From NCBI GenBank assembly GCA_964543385.1, contig CAZIYE010000001.1, forward strand, positions 29,557-93,556: a DNA stretch of 64,000 nucleotides, given 5' to 3'. A program made the translations under genes and the position numbers. This document shows positions 25,876-34,454 of this stretch, one piece after another. This DNA comes from an uncultured Candidatus Saccharibacteria bacterium. GTDB lineage: Bacteria > Patescibacteriota > UBA1384 > XYA2-FULL-43-10 > 1-14-0-10-43-13. The notes below the pieces were generated by a model that ran no database searches, had not been told where the DNA came from, and saw only the letters and a program-made list of their open reading frames with translations. The stretch's first letter is position 1. Each line of letters begins with the position of its first letter.

Positions 25876-28800
25876 TTATTTTAAGAATCCAAACATCCAT
25901 CCGAAAGTTTTTTGCAATGAATTTACGATTATACTAACTACTGATTGTTGCGGGCTATTAGTGATGATGGTTGTGTCATCGCCATAAACAATATTATCAC
26001 TGGCATCTTCAGAAACAGCTCTCAGATGATAAATTCTAGATGGATCCAGTCCGGTTATCACTACGATATGGCTTTTAACTAACTCATTATCTTCTTTTGT
26101 TTTATAATTGTAATCAGCTCCAGAGATACCATCGGAATATTCAACTTGAGAAGATGATGGTTCATCTGTTTCCCAAGAAACAACAAGCTCTGATTTGGTA
26201 TTCTCGCTAGTTCCTGATTTTACTTCGTGGGAAAAATTAGTAATTTTAGGAGCCCTTGTATCAAATGGTGTAGAATAATCCTGGACATCAGAAGTGCATT
26301 TATTACCAGAACCATCCATTCCCTCAATCTGAATTTCATAATTTATATTATCTTCCAAGTCATTCAAGACAAGATCGTGGGCTTTTTTTAATTCTGCATC
26401 AGATTTGATTTGCCATTCCTCACTTCCTTTTATTCGATATCTAACGATTGAAGTTGTATCTAAATTTGTCTCCCATACGGTTCTCACAGCGGCCTGAACC
26501 TCCTTTAAATAATCAAATTCGATACCAGAGATTTTAGGATAAGGTAGAGTTGTGAATGTTAGTGAAGTATAGTACGGCTGATTATCAGAAGATCTAGCCT
26601 CAATAATTAATTGATAATTTGTACCAGGGGTTAAATTCACAAGCCGCTCAGAAAATTTTGTAGCTTGACCATTAACAGTTTTAATCATTTCATAGTTCCC
26701 AACACCATATTTTAATGTTACTGTAGCGAGATCGCTAATCTCAAAATCAATAGTTGCGGTAAAGGGGCTGGTCGCTGTAACAGTTGGATTTTTAATTACC
26801 CTTGCCTGCATCGTTGTTGTTGAAAACCATTCACTTTCGCCATCATTATTTGATGCATCTTTCCATACTAACTTATATTTATATTGTCTTTGTGGTTCCA
26901 ACCCTATTAGAGATACAACGTGAACTTGTGTAAGTTCATTTTTTCCTTGCTGAGTTCCGTCATCAAGCTTAACATATGAAGTTGTCTGCTTGGAAGATAC
27001 CCAGGAAACCTCTAAAGAAGTTGGCTCTCCTTTAACTGTTGGACCAGTTAGAATACTTGCTGCGTCAGTAGTACAAAAAACTAATGTTTGCCAATCAGAT
27101 ACGTTGCCAACCTGATCCTTTGAGCGAACATAGAATACATTATCACCATCTTGATAAGGAGTGATAGTTGCTGTGGTTTGCTCTGTAAAACTAATTTCCC
27201 CTTGAGCACCAAGTTTATAATCATAACCGACAACTGGTTTGGGTTGTCCTTCCTGGGTATCAGATGATTCTGGCCATGTCAAAGTAAAGGTTTTGGCGAT
27301 TTGACAACCGGGCTTATCAATATTTACATATTCAATTTTGTTAGGGGCATTGTTATCATATTTATATTCAAAGAGAGTTACAGCTTCTGAATAATTCCGA
27401 GCTAAATCCCTTGTTCTTAATCTAAAATAATAAGTCTGATCGTTCACTAAAGTTCCATTATAAACAAAAGAGGTAGTAGCAGTGTAATTATTAGCAAAGA
27501 GAGGGTCACCACTTTGATCAGTGCCGAAATAGATTAGATATCCATCGACACCACTCATATTATTAGATCGACTACATTCGCTACCAACAATTTGACCGTC
27601 AACAACTACATCCTGACATACTAAATTACCTTCACTATCAATATCGTTAGAAGGCAACCACGAAAAACTCAATTGACTGTCGTTATACCAATTGCCACTA
27701 ATAAGATCTTGACTATCGTTTGAAACAACTACACTTGATGGATTCTCGGGAGGAACAGTATCAGAATGATTTGTATAAAGTCGAAAGTTATCTATAGGTT
27801 GATTAATTGAATAACTTGGCATTATAGGATTAGAACCAACGTAAAAATAATACCCCAAATTTGTCAGATTCGACCATGGTGCAAATGTTTTATTCGCTAT
27901 TTCATTACCGTCAATAAGTATTTTTACTTCTCCGGAAGAATTATTGTAAGATACTTTTATCTTATGCCAATCACCGGCATTTAGAGATAAAGATGGTGTG
28001 TGTAAAACATAAGGTGTAGCGCCTGCTGAAATTGTAAACCTTATCTGGTTTCGATTAGGTACTAATTCAACTGTCATGGGATTTGATCCGGAAGTTGTGA
28101 AAAGAGTTCTTTTTTGAGAACCATCAAATGGTGTCCAGTCAGATAAATCCCACTTTGATTTTATGATACGACCTGATCCCTGATAGTCTACAATGTACAT
28201 ATCTCCGCTTGTTTCATCATAGACAACATCTCTCGCTGTTGAAAGACGACCAGGCGCTAAAAAAGGAACACTTGACGTTCCAAAGGTTGTCCAATCCGAT
28301 CCGTCTATTTTAGTTTTTACTATTCTTGCATTTGAATTGTCAGCAATGTAGATATCCCCTGTAGCTTTGTCAAACTGGATTCCAGAGGGATAATAAAATT
28401 GTCCAATTCCGCTTCCATAGCTACCATATGTTGTCCAGCCTGTACCATCCATTTTGGTCTTAACGATACGATGGTTACTGTAATCTGTTGCATAGATATA
28501 ACCAGAGGTATTATCGTAATTAATACCCATTACCCCCTTAAACTGTCCCACGCCTGTCCCATAGCTACCATATGTTGTCCAGCCTGTACCATCCATTTTG
28601 GTCTTAACGATACGATGATTACTGTAATCTGCTACATACACAAACTCACTTGCTTGATCATATTGAATATCATATGGATTGTTAAACCTTCCTATCCCTG
28701 TTCCGCTACTACCATATGTTGTCCAGCCTGTACCATCCATTTTGGTCTTAACGATTCTACTGTTTCCTCTATCAACTATATAAAGTAAATCAGTTGTCGA

Positions 28801-30267
28801 ATCATACGATATGGATTGGGGATAAAGAAATTGATTAACACCATTGCCCTGTGTGCCAAAAGTCGTCCAACCTGTGCCATCTATCTTGGTCTTAACGATA
28901 CGATGATTGTAAGTGTCAGCGATAAATATATAATCACTCGCTTTATCGTAAGCGATTGAACCAGCAGCGTAAAACATACCATCACCCCAGCCTGCTGTAC
29001 CATATGTTGCCCAACCGGTACCACCCATCTGGGTTTTAACAATGCGGCTATTGCCATAATCAGCAATATAAAGGAAGCCAGTAGAAGAATCAAACTTTAG
29101 AGTACATGGATAAGAAAATTTACCTACACCAGAACCGTTACTACCATATGTTGTCCAGCCCGTGCCGTCCATTTGAGTTTTAACTATACGATGATTACTG
29201 TAATCTGCGACAAAAACAGATCCGTCCAGAGAGTTATAGTAGATATCAGTCGGATAACTAAAGTTACCTATGCCAGCGCCCTCACTTCCGTAAGTCGTCC
29301 AACCTGTACCATCTATTTTAGTTTTAATGATCCGGTGAAGGCTATAATCTGTATAATATATAAAATCGTTTTGACGGTCATAATTTATCCCATAGGCATT
29401 AGCCCTATAGGGATTATCAAGAGCAGATGAGCCAAGAACTGTCCAGCCTGTGCCATCAAATTTAGTTTTAACGATACGATAGTTGCTTGTATCAGCAATA
29501 TAGAAAAAACCTGTTGTTGAGTCATAGTCGAAAGTTGATGGACTAGAAAATTTACCGATACCTGATGATCCTCCAACCCCAAATGTCGCCCAACCCGTAC
29601 CATCCATCTTAGTTTTAACGATACGGTTATTGGATCTATCTGCAACATAAACAAAATCTTCAACGGAATCATAATAAATACTGGTTGGATAGTAAAATTG
29701 GCCTTTTCCGCTACCAACGCTGCCAAGAACGGTCCAACCTGTACCATCCATCTTAGTCCTAACTATACGATGATTATAGTAGTCAGCAGTATAAACAAAA
29801 TCAGAAGCTACGTCATAGTAAATGCCCCTGTTATAATACAACTTACCAACAGAATTATCTGTGCCATTAAAGTTATATGGCATTTTAAAATCCATTTCGA
29901 TATCACCAACAGAGGTATCAAGATTATTAGCAAGCCTGTATTTAAGCGATTGACCGAAAGATACGTTGGCTGCACTACCGGAACCATCAACACCAGGAGA
30001 AGTTAACTCAGCTGGTTGCGAATCAAAATAAGCTGCATTATCACCAACAGAATAACTACCATTAAGCGAGGCATCAAAATTAGAATAAAAAGCATCAGCG
30101 GCTCCAACATACTGAAATGCCATGCTATAGATTGAGATTATTATTGCTAAGACGCATATTGTTAAAACTGAGAACCTAGACGTTCTATTCGTATATTTAA
30201 CATTCTTAAAAAAATCTTTTTTTCGAAAGATTTTAGTATTTGAAAATGAAGAAAAAAACTTGAACAT
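25876..30267 (-). CDS. giant surface protein (1463 aa): N-terminal signal-anchor, ~13 NHL-type beta-propeller repeats, C-terminal Ig/FN3-like domains
   Basis: A ~47-aa unit (Y.D...G.IYVAD..NHRIVKTKMDGTGWTTYG) is repeated at least 12 times. The N-terminus is hydrophobic. Likely same operon as the ABC pair and CYTH gene. Confidence 0.8.
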   Translation of the reverse strand: MFKFFSSFSNTKIFRKKDFFKNVKYTNRTSRFSVLTICVLAIIISIYSMAFQYVGAADAFYSNFDASLNGSYSVGDNAAYFDSQPAELTSPGVDGSGSAANVSFGQSLKYRLANNLDTSVGDIEMDFKMPYNFNGTDNSVGKLYYNRGIYYDVASDFVYTADYYNHRIVRTKMDGTGWTVLGSVGSGKGQFYYPTSIYYDSVEDFVYVADRSNNRIVKTKMDGTGWATFGVGGSSGIGKFSSPSTFDYDSTTGFFYIADTSNYRIVKTKFDGTGWTVLGSSALDNPYRANAYGINYDRQNDFIYYTDYSLHRIIKTKIDGTGWTTYGSEGAGIGNFSYPTDIYYNSLDGSVFVADYSNHRIVKTQMDGTGWTTYGSNGSGVGKFSYPCTLKFDSSTGFLYIADYGNSRIVKTQMGGTGWATYGTAGWGDGMFYAAGSIAYDKASDYIFIADTYNHRIVKTKIDGTGWTTFGTQGNGVNQFLYPQSISYDSTTDLLYIVDRGNSRIVKTKMDGTGWTTYGSSGTGIGRFNNPYDIQYDQASEFVYVADYSNHRIVKTKMDGTGWTTYGSYGTGVGQFKGVMGINYDNTSGYIYATDYSNHRIVKTKMDGTGWTTYGSYGSGIGQFYYPSGIQFDKATGDIYIADNSNARIVKTKIDGSDWTTFGTSSVPFLAPGRLSTARDVVYDETSGDMYIVDYQGSGRIIKSKWDLSDWTPFDGSQKRTLFTTSGSNPMTVELVPNRNQIRFTISAGATPYVLHTPSLSLNAGDWHKIKVSYNNSSGEVKILIDGNEIANKTFAPWSNLTNLGYYFYVGSNPIMPSYSINQPIDNFRLYTNHSDTVPPENPSSVVVSNDSQDLISGNWYNDSQLSFSWLPSNDIDSEGNLVCQDVVVDGQIVGSECSRSNNMSGVDGYLIYFGTDQSGDPLFANNYTATTSFVYNGTLVNDQTYYFRLRTRDLARNYSEAVTLFEYKYDNNAPNKIEYVNIDKPGCQIAKTFTLTWPESSDTQEGQPKPVVGYDYKLGAQGEISFTEQTTATITPYQDGDNVFYVRSKDQVGNVSDWQTLVFCTTDAASILTGPTVKGEPTSLEVSWVSSKQTTSYVKLDDGTQQGKNELTQVHVVSLIGLEPQRQYKYKLVWKDASNNDGESEWFSTTTMQARVIKNPTVTATSPFTATIDFEISDLATVTLKYGVGNYEMIKTVNGQATKFSERLVNLTPGTNYQLIIEARSSDNQPYYTSLTFTTLPYPKISGIEFDYLKEVQAAVRTVWETNLDTTSIVRYRIKGSEEWQIKSDAELKKAHDLVLNDLEDNINYEIQIEGMDGSGNKCTSDVQDYSTPFDTRAPKITNFSHEVKSGTSENTKSELVVSWETDEPSSSQVEYSDGISGADYNYKTKEDNELVKSHIVVITGLDPSRIYHLRAVSEDASDNIVYGDDTTIITNSPQQSVVSIIVNSLQKTFGWMFGFLK
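28050..29820. repeat. tandem ~141-bp coding repeats (NHL blades), several near-identical at DNA level
   Basis: ctaccatatgttgtccagcctgtaccatccattttggtcttaacgatacgatg recurs at ~28421, ~28564 and ~28711. The opposite-strand artefact ORF 28399..28788 shows CCPACTIHFGLND three times at 47-aa spacing. Confidence 0.75.
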
Positions 30268-30426
30268 ACCCTCCAGAAAATAAAACTATATTATATTCAG
30301 TATAATAATACAGAATATATTATTAAAAAACAAATCATTGAAGTTTTTATTGGGTTTTAAAATATCCTGTATTTCTTCTTACCCTGCCAAGCTCCACAAC
30401 TAATATGGCACAGACAGACCGGCTGA

Positions 30427-30948
30427 ACTATTAAAGTTGGGTTTGCAATAATTATTATCCACCATAATGAATTCGCCAATACTGGTTTTACGACGATAAA
30501 TGGGGACATCGGAACCTACCCGACTCTGTCCGAGACTGGATTTGACTCTGTAACTCTGACCGGAACAAACAATGTGGGCAATGGCGTGACTCAGAGCGCC
30601 AAAGCAGATCTAATTACCGGGTACAATGCCGCTATTGCCAAGACACCCGTCACAACAGTAGCCACCGAGCTTGGTGGCACAACAAAGATTGCCGGGGTTT
30701 ACGGCTCGGCATCAGGCACCTTTGGCATAACCGGCACCTTGATCCTTGATGCCCAAAACGATCCGGATTCATTATTTATTTTTAAAGCAGATTCAACATT
30801 GATCGCAGATGCTGATACAACAGATGTATTTAATTCGCATGACGGCAAAGTTCATCTCAATCTCATCACTTGCGGCGGGGCTTGGAATGAAGTTGCCAAA
30901 AGCCACTTCAAACGAATTGTGATATTTACTGATCAAGTTTTAGACTAG
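30427..30948 (+). pseudogene. N-terminally truncated remnant of an ice-binding-like (DUF3494) secreted protein
   Basis: The reading frame is open from the stop at 30424 with no ATG or TTG. It encodes ...GTYPTLSETGFDSVTLTGTNNVGNGVTQSAKADLITGYNAAIAKTP...GVYGSASGTFGITGTLILDAQNDPDSLFIFKADSTL, resembling the DUF3494 core recalled from memory. The only possible start is an internal GTG at 30574. It is flanked by AT-rich non-coding DNA. Confidence 0.5.
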
Positions 30949-31250
30949 CCTACTCGCTTTATCTTTAATAATTAGTTTTGTGTTGTTGGATATTTATTGA
31001 ACATATATTTCTTAATGCGAATCTACTGTTGTCCATTAAAATATATCTTTTAGCCATAGTTATGTCGGTTGATGGCAAAACCACAAAATGGAATGAGTCA
31101 GATATACAATCATGGAGTTCCAAAAAGGACCAAGGATTTTTGGGCTTGGTAAAAATTTGTTAGAGAATATAAAACTTAATCTTATAAAGATTTTTGAACT
31201 CAATAAACAGGGAACTTTACTGTCAAAATATAGTATTGATAAATGAGCGA

Positions 31251-31259
31251 GGGGGGGGG
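31251..31259. repeat. G9 homopolymeric tract at island boundary
   Basis: ggggggggg read directly from the sequence. Confidence 0.9.
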
Positions 31260-31268
31260 ATCGAACGG

Positions 31269-31562
31269 CTAAGCCGGACGACCCCGCGGGCGAGGATAAG
31301 TGAGATCGCGCAAGTTAGGCGGTAGCCTATCAACAACTTCGCTAGAAGTCTTGATCAGCTCTTCAGCCCGATGGACAGCATCGCGAAAGACTGCTTCATC
31401 GAATGACTTGTACTTACTTAGAAGTAAGTAACATCCGAAATCATCAGTCGATTCAGTCAGTAGCCAGTTGCGCAGTAGATGCGCAATGTACTTCGCTCGC
31501 AGAGTCTGTTGACTCTGGTAAAAACGAAGGAATGTTATTACTGCCCCCTCATGCGCTGTCAT
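31269..31562 (-). CDS. hypothetical protein (97 aa), distal gene of overlapping two-gene operon
   Basis: Start MTAHEGAV... with AAGGAG 9 nt upstream. The ATG overlaps the TGA of the upstream gene (ATGACAGCGCATGA), indicating translational coupling. GC-rich. Confidence 0.5.
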   Translation of the reverse strand: MTAHEGAVITFLRFYQSQQTLRAKYIAHLLRNWLLTESTDDFGCYLLLSKYKSFDEAVFRDAVHRAEELIKTSSEVVDRLPPNLRDLTYPRPRGRPA

Positions 31563-31719
31563 ATCGCTCGATCTCCTTATGCCAGATAACACAGATGCCG
31601 ACGAATCCGACGGCAATAGCGATGTTGAACGCCCATTCTGGTGCTTTAGCATCTGCGCAGATCAACAGCGCTGCGAATGCTATCAATAGAATGGCGATCG
31701 TTGCGAGTATTTTGAACAT
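31549..31719 (-). CDS. small two-TM membrane protein (56 aa), holin/toxin-like
   Basis: MFKILATIAILLIAFAALLICADAKAPEWAFNIAIAVGFVGICVIWHKEIERYDSA with GGAGGTG 7 nt upstream of the ATG at 31719. The 183-aa track ORF is an upstream in-frame over-extension. Confidence 0.5.
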   Translation of the reverse strand: MFKILATIAILLIAFAALLICADAKAPEWAFNIAIAVGFVGICVIWHKEIERYDSA

Positions 31720-31783
31720 TTTCTCGCACCTCCATATTTTGATTATATCATAATTAGTTATTTTTGTCCATAAAAACCTTGTA

Positions 31784-31812
31784 TTGACTAAAAACATTAG
31801 TAGTAGTATAAT
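31784..31812 (+). promoter_or_regulatory. consensus sigma70 promoter (TTGACT-17-TATAAT)
   Basis: ttgact at 31784-31789, tataat at 31807-31812, exactly 17-nt spacer. It is divergent from the minus-strand two-gene operon. Confidence 0.55.
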
Positions 31813-31867
31813 ATGTAATAAGAATAGACCCCCGTCTTTTCTAGAAACCCCATTGGAGGCAACCCCC

Positions 31868-32074
31868 ATGGAAAAAGTGCGCACTAACAGCACAACATCA
31901 CAGTCTGGGACGCCAACCGTCCCTAAGACGCACAAAAGACAGACGTTATCGTCGGGACTAAACGTCGAGGCAGTTTTCGCTATGCTGCACAAGCAGAATA
32001 GCGTCACGCCTGATGTCTGTCTCAGCCGGCGCTCCGGCACCCCCAGCAGCTTAATTGTTAGCCGCCTGAGGTAA
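31868..32074 (+). CDS. small basic Ser/Thr-rich hypothetical protein (69 aa)
   Basis: MEKVRTNSTTSQSGTPTVPKTHKRQTL... with GGAGG 8 nt upstream. Downstream of the consensus promoter, followed by a strong terminator. ~52% GC. Confidence 0.5.
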   Translation: MEKVRTNSTTSQSGTPTVPKTHKRQTLSSGLNVEAVFAMLHKQNSVTPDVCLSRRSGTPSSLIVSRLR

Positions 32075-32081
32075 AAACGCC

Positions 32082-32118
32082 GTTCCGGTTGCCTGACCAT
32101 GTGTCAGGCAACCGGAAC
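32082..32118. terminator. bidirectional terminator, 16-bp perfect stem
   Basis: gttccggttgcctgac / gtcaggcaaccggaac. It serves the + strand small gene and the minus-strand elp3 (TAA at 32124-32126). Confidence 0.7.
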
Positions 32119-32123
32119 ATCCC

Positions 32124-33746
32124 TTAAAGATTTTTTATCATATAAGTATCTTTTTCTATATATCCAATATTTCTGAAGTATCCCCTGACACCAACTCCAG
32201 CAATAACAGCAATTTTATCCAATAAATACTCATTCTTTGTTATCTTTTCAGCCTCTGATACCAATATTCTGCCAAAACCTTGATGCTGAGCAGCCTGACC
32301 ACTTTTTTGTCCAATTCTCACTTGCGGACCATAAGTATGAATTTCACGAATTAGGGCACTATCCTCCAACGCTTTTATGAAGTGTTTTTTCTTTGAATTA
32401 TATTGAGAGACGATTCTCAACCTAAGCATGCTATATAGTTGAGATTTATCTAATGATTCAATAGACAGAAAAATATCTTTTCCATCGGCAGAGTCATAGT
32501 CTTCTCTGAATAATTTCCATTCTGTCAATTTATCAAATCTACTCTTTACCTCTCGACAACGTACGCAATGACATCTTTTGCCGTTTTTTGCCAAAGTAAT
32601 TTCAACTTCTTGACGAAGATTAGACACTTTTGAACCACCTTCAACTATAGAATCGGCTGGTATGTCGCGGATGACACGTTCAATTCTACAGTAGTAGGGA
32701 ATATATTCCTTGATTTTACATATCAAATCGATTAACTGTTCTTTTGTATAAGGTTTGTATTCTCCCTTTTCGTATAAACCATAAGCGCCAGATTCTTTTA
32801 CTAGAGCCATCGGATATATCTTCAGATGGTCAGGTTGATATCGACTATCTTCAAACATCGTTTTGAACATCGAGAGATCTAGGTCGGAATCAGACCCGGG
32901 AAGATTTAACATCATCTGATATGAAACTTTAAATCCAGCATCTTTGAGCAGTTTTGTTGCTTCTACAGTATCAGTATCGGTATTACCACGATTATTAAAT
33001 TTCAAAACTTTATCGTATATAGACTGCACACCAAGCTCTACTTTTGTAACCCCAAGCCAACGCAAACGACGAATCTCGGCCTTGTTTATATAATCCTGCC
33101 TAGTTTCTATTGAAATTTCTACAATTCGATGTTCGGCAGTCTCATTATTTTTCTGCAATTCATCAAGTTTCCTGTTTTTAAGTTCAAATTTAGTGCCAAA
33201 ATCATTTGCAGCTTCAAATATTCTTTTAATAAACCATGTTTGGTAGCTCTTGGGATAATAAGACCAGGTACCGCCAATAATACGGATATTCAATTTATCA
33301 GTTATATGGCCAACAGCATCCAGAGCCTTCAAGCGGCTTTGAGTTTGTAAATATGGGTCATATCTACATGTTATTGCTCTCATTACGGCTGGTTCATTAC
33401 TAAAATAGCTTTTAGGTACATCTTTTTCTGTTGGACAATAAATACACTTACCAGGACATTCATATGGTTTTGTTAAAACCGATATTACAACGATTCCGGA
33501 AAGTGATCGGGTATTTTTCAAAATCAAAATTTTTTCTAATAAAAGATCTCTCTTGATTATTTTATTGGAGAGCAGATTATGATAAGCTTCAAGTATCTTA
33601 TCATTTGTCAGCATTTCAGTTTTCTCTATTTTGCAAAATTGCCTCTTTGATTTATCCAAATCTTTGCGGCTCGAAATAGGTTGATCCAATATACCAACTA
33701 TAAATTTTTCAGATAAAGTTAAATCCATGAATAAAGAATACGCCAA
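32124..33746 (-). CDS. elp3: Elp3-family radical-SAM / GNAT tRNA wobble-uridine modification enzyme homologue
   Basis: Radical SAM CPGKCIYC (Cx3Cx2C), 540 aa, with a C-terminal acetyltransferase-like region (QHQGFGRILVSEAE). Confidence 0.8.
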   Translation of the reverse strand: MAYSLFMDLTLSEKFIVGILDQPISSRKDLDKSKRQFCKIEKTEMLTNDKILEAYHNLLSNKIIKRDLLLEKILILKNTRSLSGIVVISVLTKPYECPGKCIYCPTEKDVPKSYFSNEPAVMRAITCRYDPYLQTQSRLKALDAVGHITDKLNIRIIGGTWSYYPKSYQTWFIKRIFEAANDFGTKFELKNRKLDELQKNNETAEHRIVEISIETRQDYINKAEIRRLRWLGVTKVELGVQSIYDKVLKFNNRGNTDTDTVEATKLLKDAGFKVSYQMMLNLPGSDSDLDLSMFKTMFEDSRYQPDHLKIYPMALVKESGAYGLYEKGEYKPYTKEQLIDLICKIKEYIPYYCRIERVIRDIPADSIVEGGSKVSNLRQEVEITLAKNGKRCHCVRCREVKSRFDKLTEWKLFREDYDSADGKDIFLSIESLDKSQLYSMLRLRIVSQYNSKKKHFIKALEDSALIREIHTYGPQVRIGQKSGQAAQHQGFGRILVSEAEKITKNEYLLDKIAVIAGVGVRGYFRNIGYIEKDTYMIKNL

Positions 33747-34404
33747 AAAAATTATTAATAAAACAACTGATGATTATAACAGGATTGCCGAGCATTGGTC
33801 AAGGAAAAGGTGGCGATTACCTAGCGATATTCTCGCCTTAACAGATTATATAAAAGAAGGGGATAAAGTACTTGATTTGGGATGTGGTAACGGATATTTT
33901 TATGACGAAGTCATAAATAAAAAAGCAGATTATACTGGCGCTGATGTGTCAGAAAATCAATTAAAGGTCTGTAAAAGATTACATCCAAATGCTAATTTAG
34001 TTTTAACAGAAGCCCTAAAACTACCATTTAATAATAACACTTTTGATAAAATATTTTGCCTCTCGACTATTCATCATATCCCCAGTGAGGAATTTCAACT
34101 GGACTTCCTCAGGGAGATCAACAGAACTCTAAAGAAAGATGGCCGATTGTATTTAACCGCTTGGAATCTATCCGACCAAGAACTTATTCATGATCACAAA
34201 AAGATAGATAAAGAGGGCAATATTCTCTATCCATTCAAAGATTCAGATGGAATGACGATGGTAGATAGATTCATTCACATCTTCACAATTGATGAATTAA
34301 TAAAACTGGTAAAGTCAGCAGATCTTGAAGCCATAGATTCAAAGATTGTTAGTAGAGGTTACGGCAAATTCTCCAATAATCTAGTTATTGCTCAGAAGAA
34401 ATAG
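33727..34404 (+). CDS. class I SAM-dependent methyltransferase (Methyltransf_11-like)
   Basis: Motif I VLDLGCGNGYF plus motif II/III context. Its 5' end overlaps the elp3 5' end (divergent). Confidence 0.8.
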   Translation: MNKEYAKKIINKTTDDYNRIAEHWSRKRWRLPSDILALTDYIKEGDKVLDLGCGNGYFYDEVINKKADYTGADVSENQLKVCKRLHPNANLVLTEALKLPFNNNTFDKIFCLSTIHHIPSEEFQLDFLREINRTLKKDGRLYLTAWNLSDQELIHDHKKIDKEGNILYPFKDSDGMTMVDRFIHIFTIDELIKLVKSADLEAIDSKIVSRGYGKFSNNLVIAQKK

Positions 34405-34454
34405 TTGCTGTCATATTTCTTTACACTTTTATAGTTTAGATCTATACTAGAAAT

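Larger units (their letters stand above)
31247..32123. other. compositionally foreign island (~50% GC vs ~35% background) carrying three small genes
   Basis: The 5' edge is a G9 homopolymer after ~300 bp of AT-rich non-coding DNA. The 3' edge is a 16-bp perfect-stem bidirectional terminator abutting the elp3 stop. Codon and GC usage are unlike the flanking genes. Confidence 0.55.

Noticed and set aside
28399-28788. Plus-strand ORF showing CCPACTIHFGLND three times
   Set aside because: It is the reverse-strand reading of the tandem NHL-repeat DNA inside the 1463-aa gene. It is useful only as evidence of near-identical DNA repeats.
31243-31300. G9 tract plus ...gatcgaacggctaagcc... considered as a tRNA 3' fragment or att-site remnant
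   Set aside because: I could not fold the reverse complement into a T-arm with an acceptor stem (no complementary 5-bp T-stem). There is no matching direct repeat of the tRNA-Ala 3' end. It is kept only as a boundary homopolymer.
31403-31753. 116-aa plus-strand ORF inside the GC-rich island
   Set aside because: It is antisense to the Shine-Dalgarno-supported, translationally coupled minus-strand gene pair and has no ribosome-binding site. It is a GC-driven open frame.
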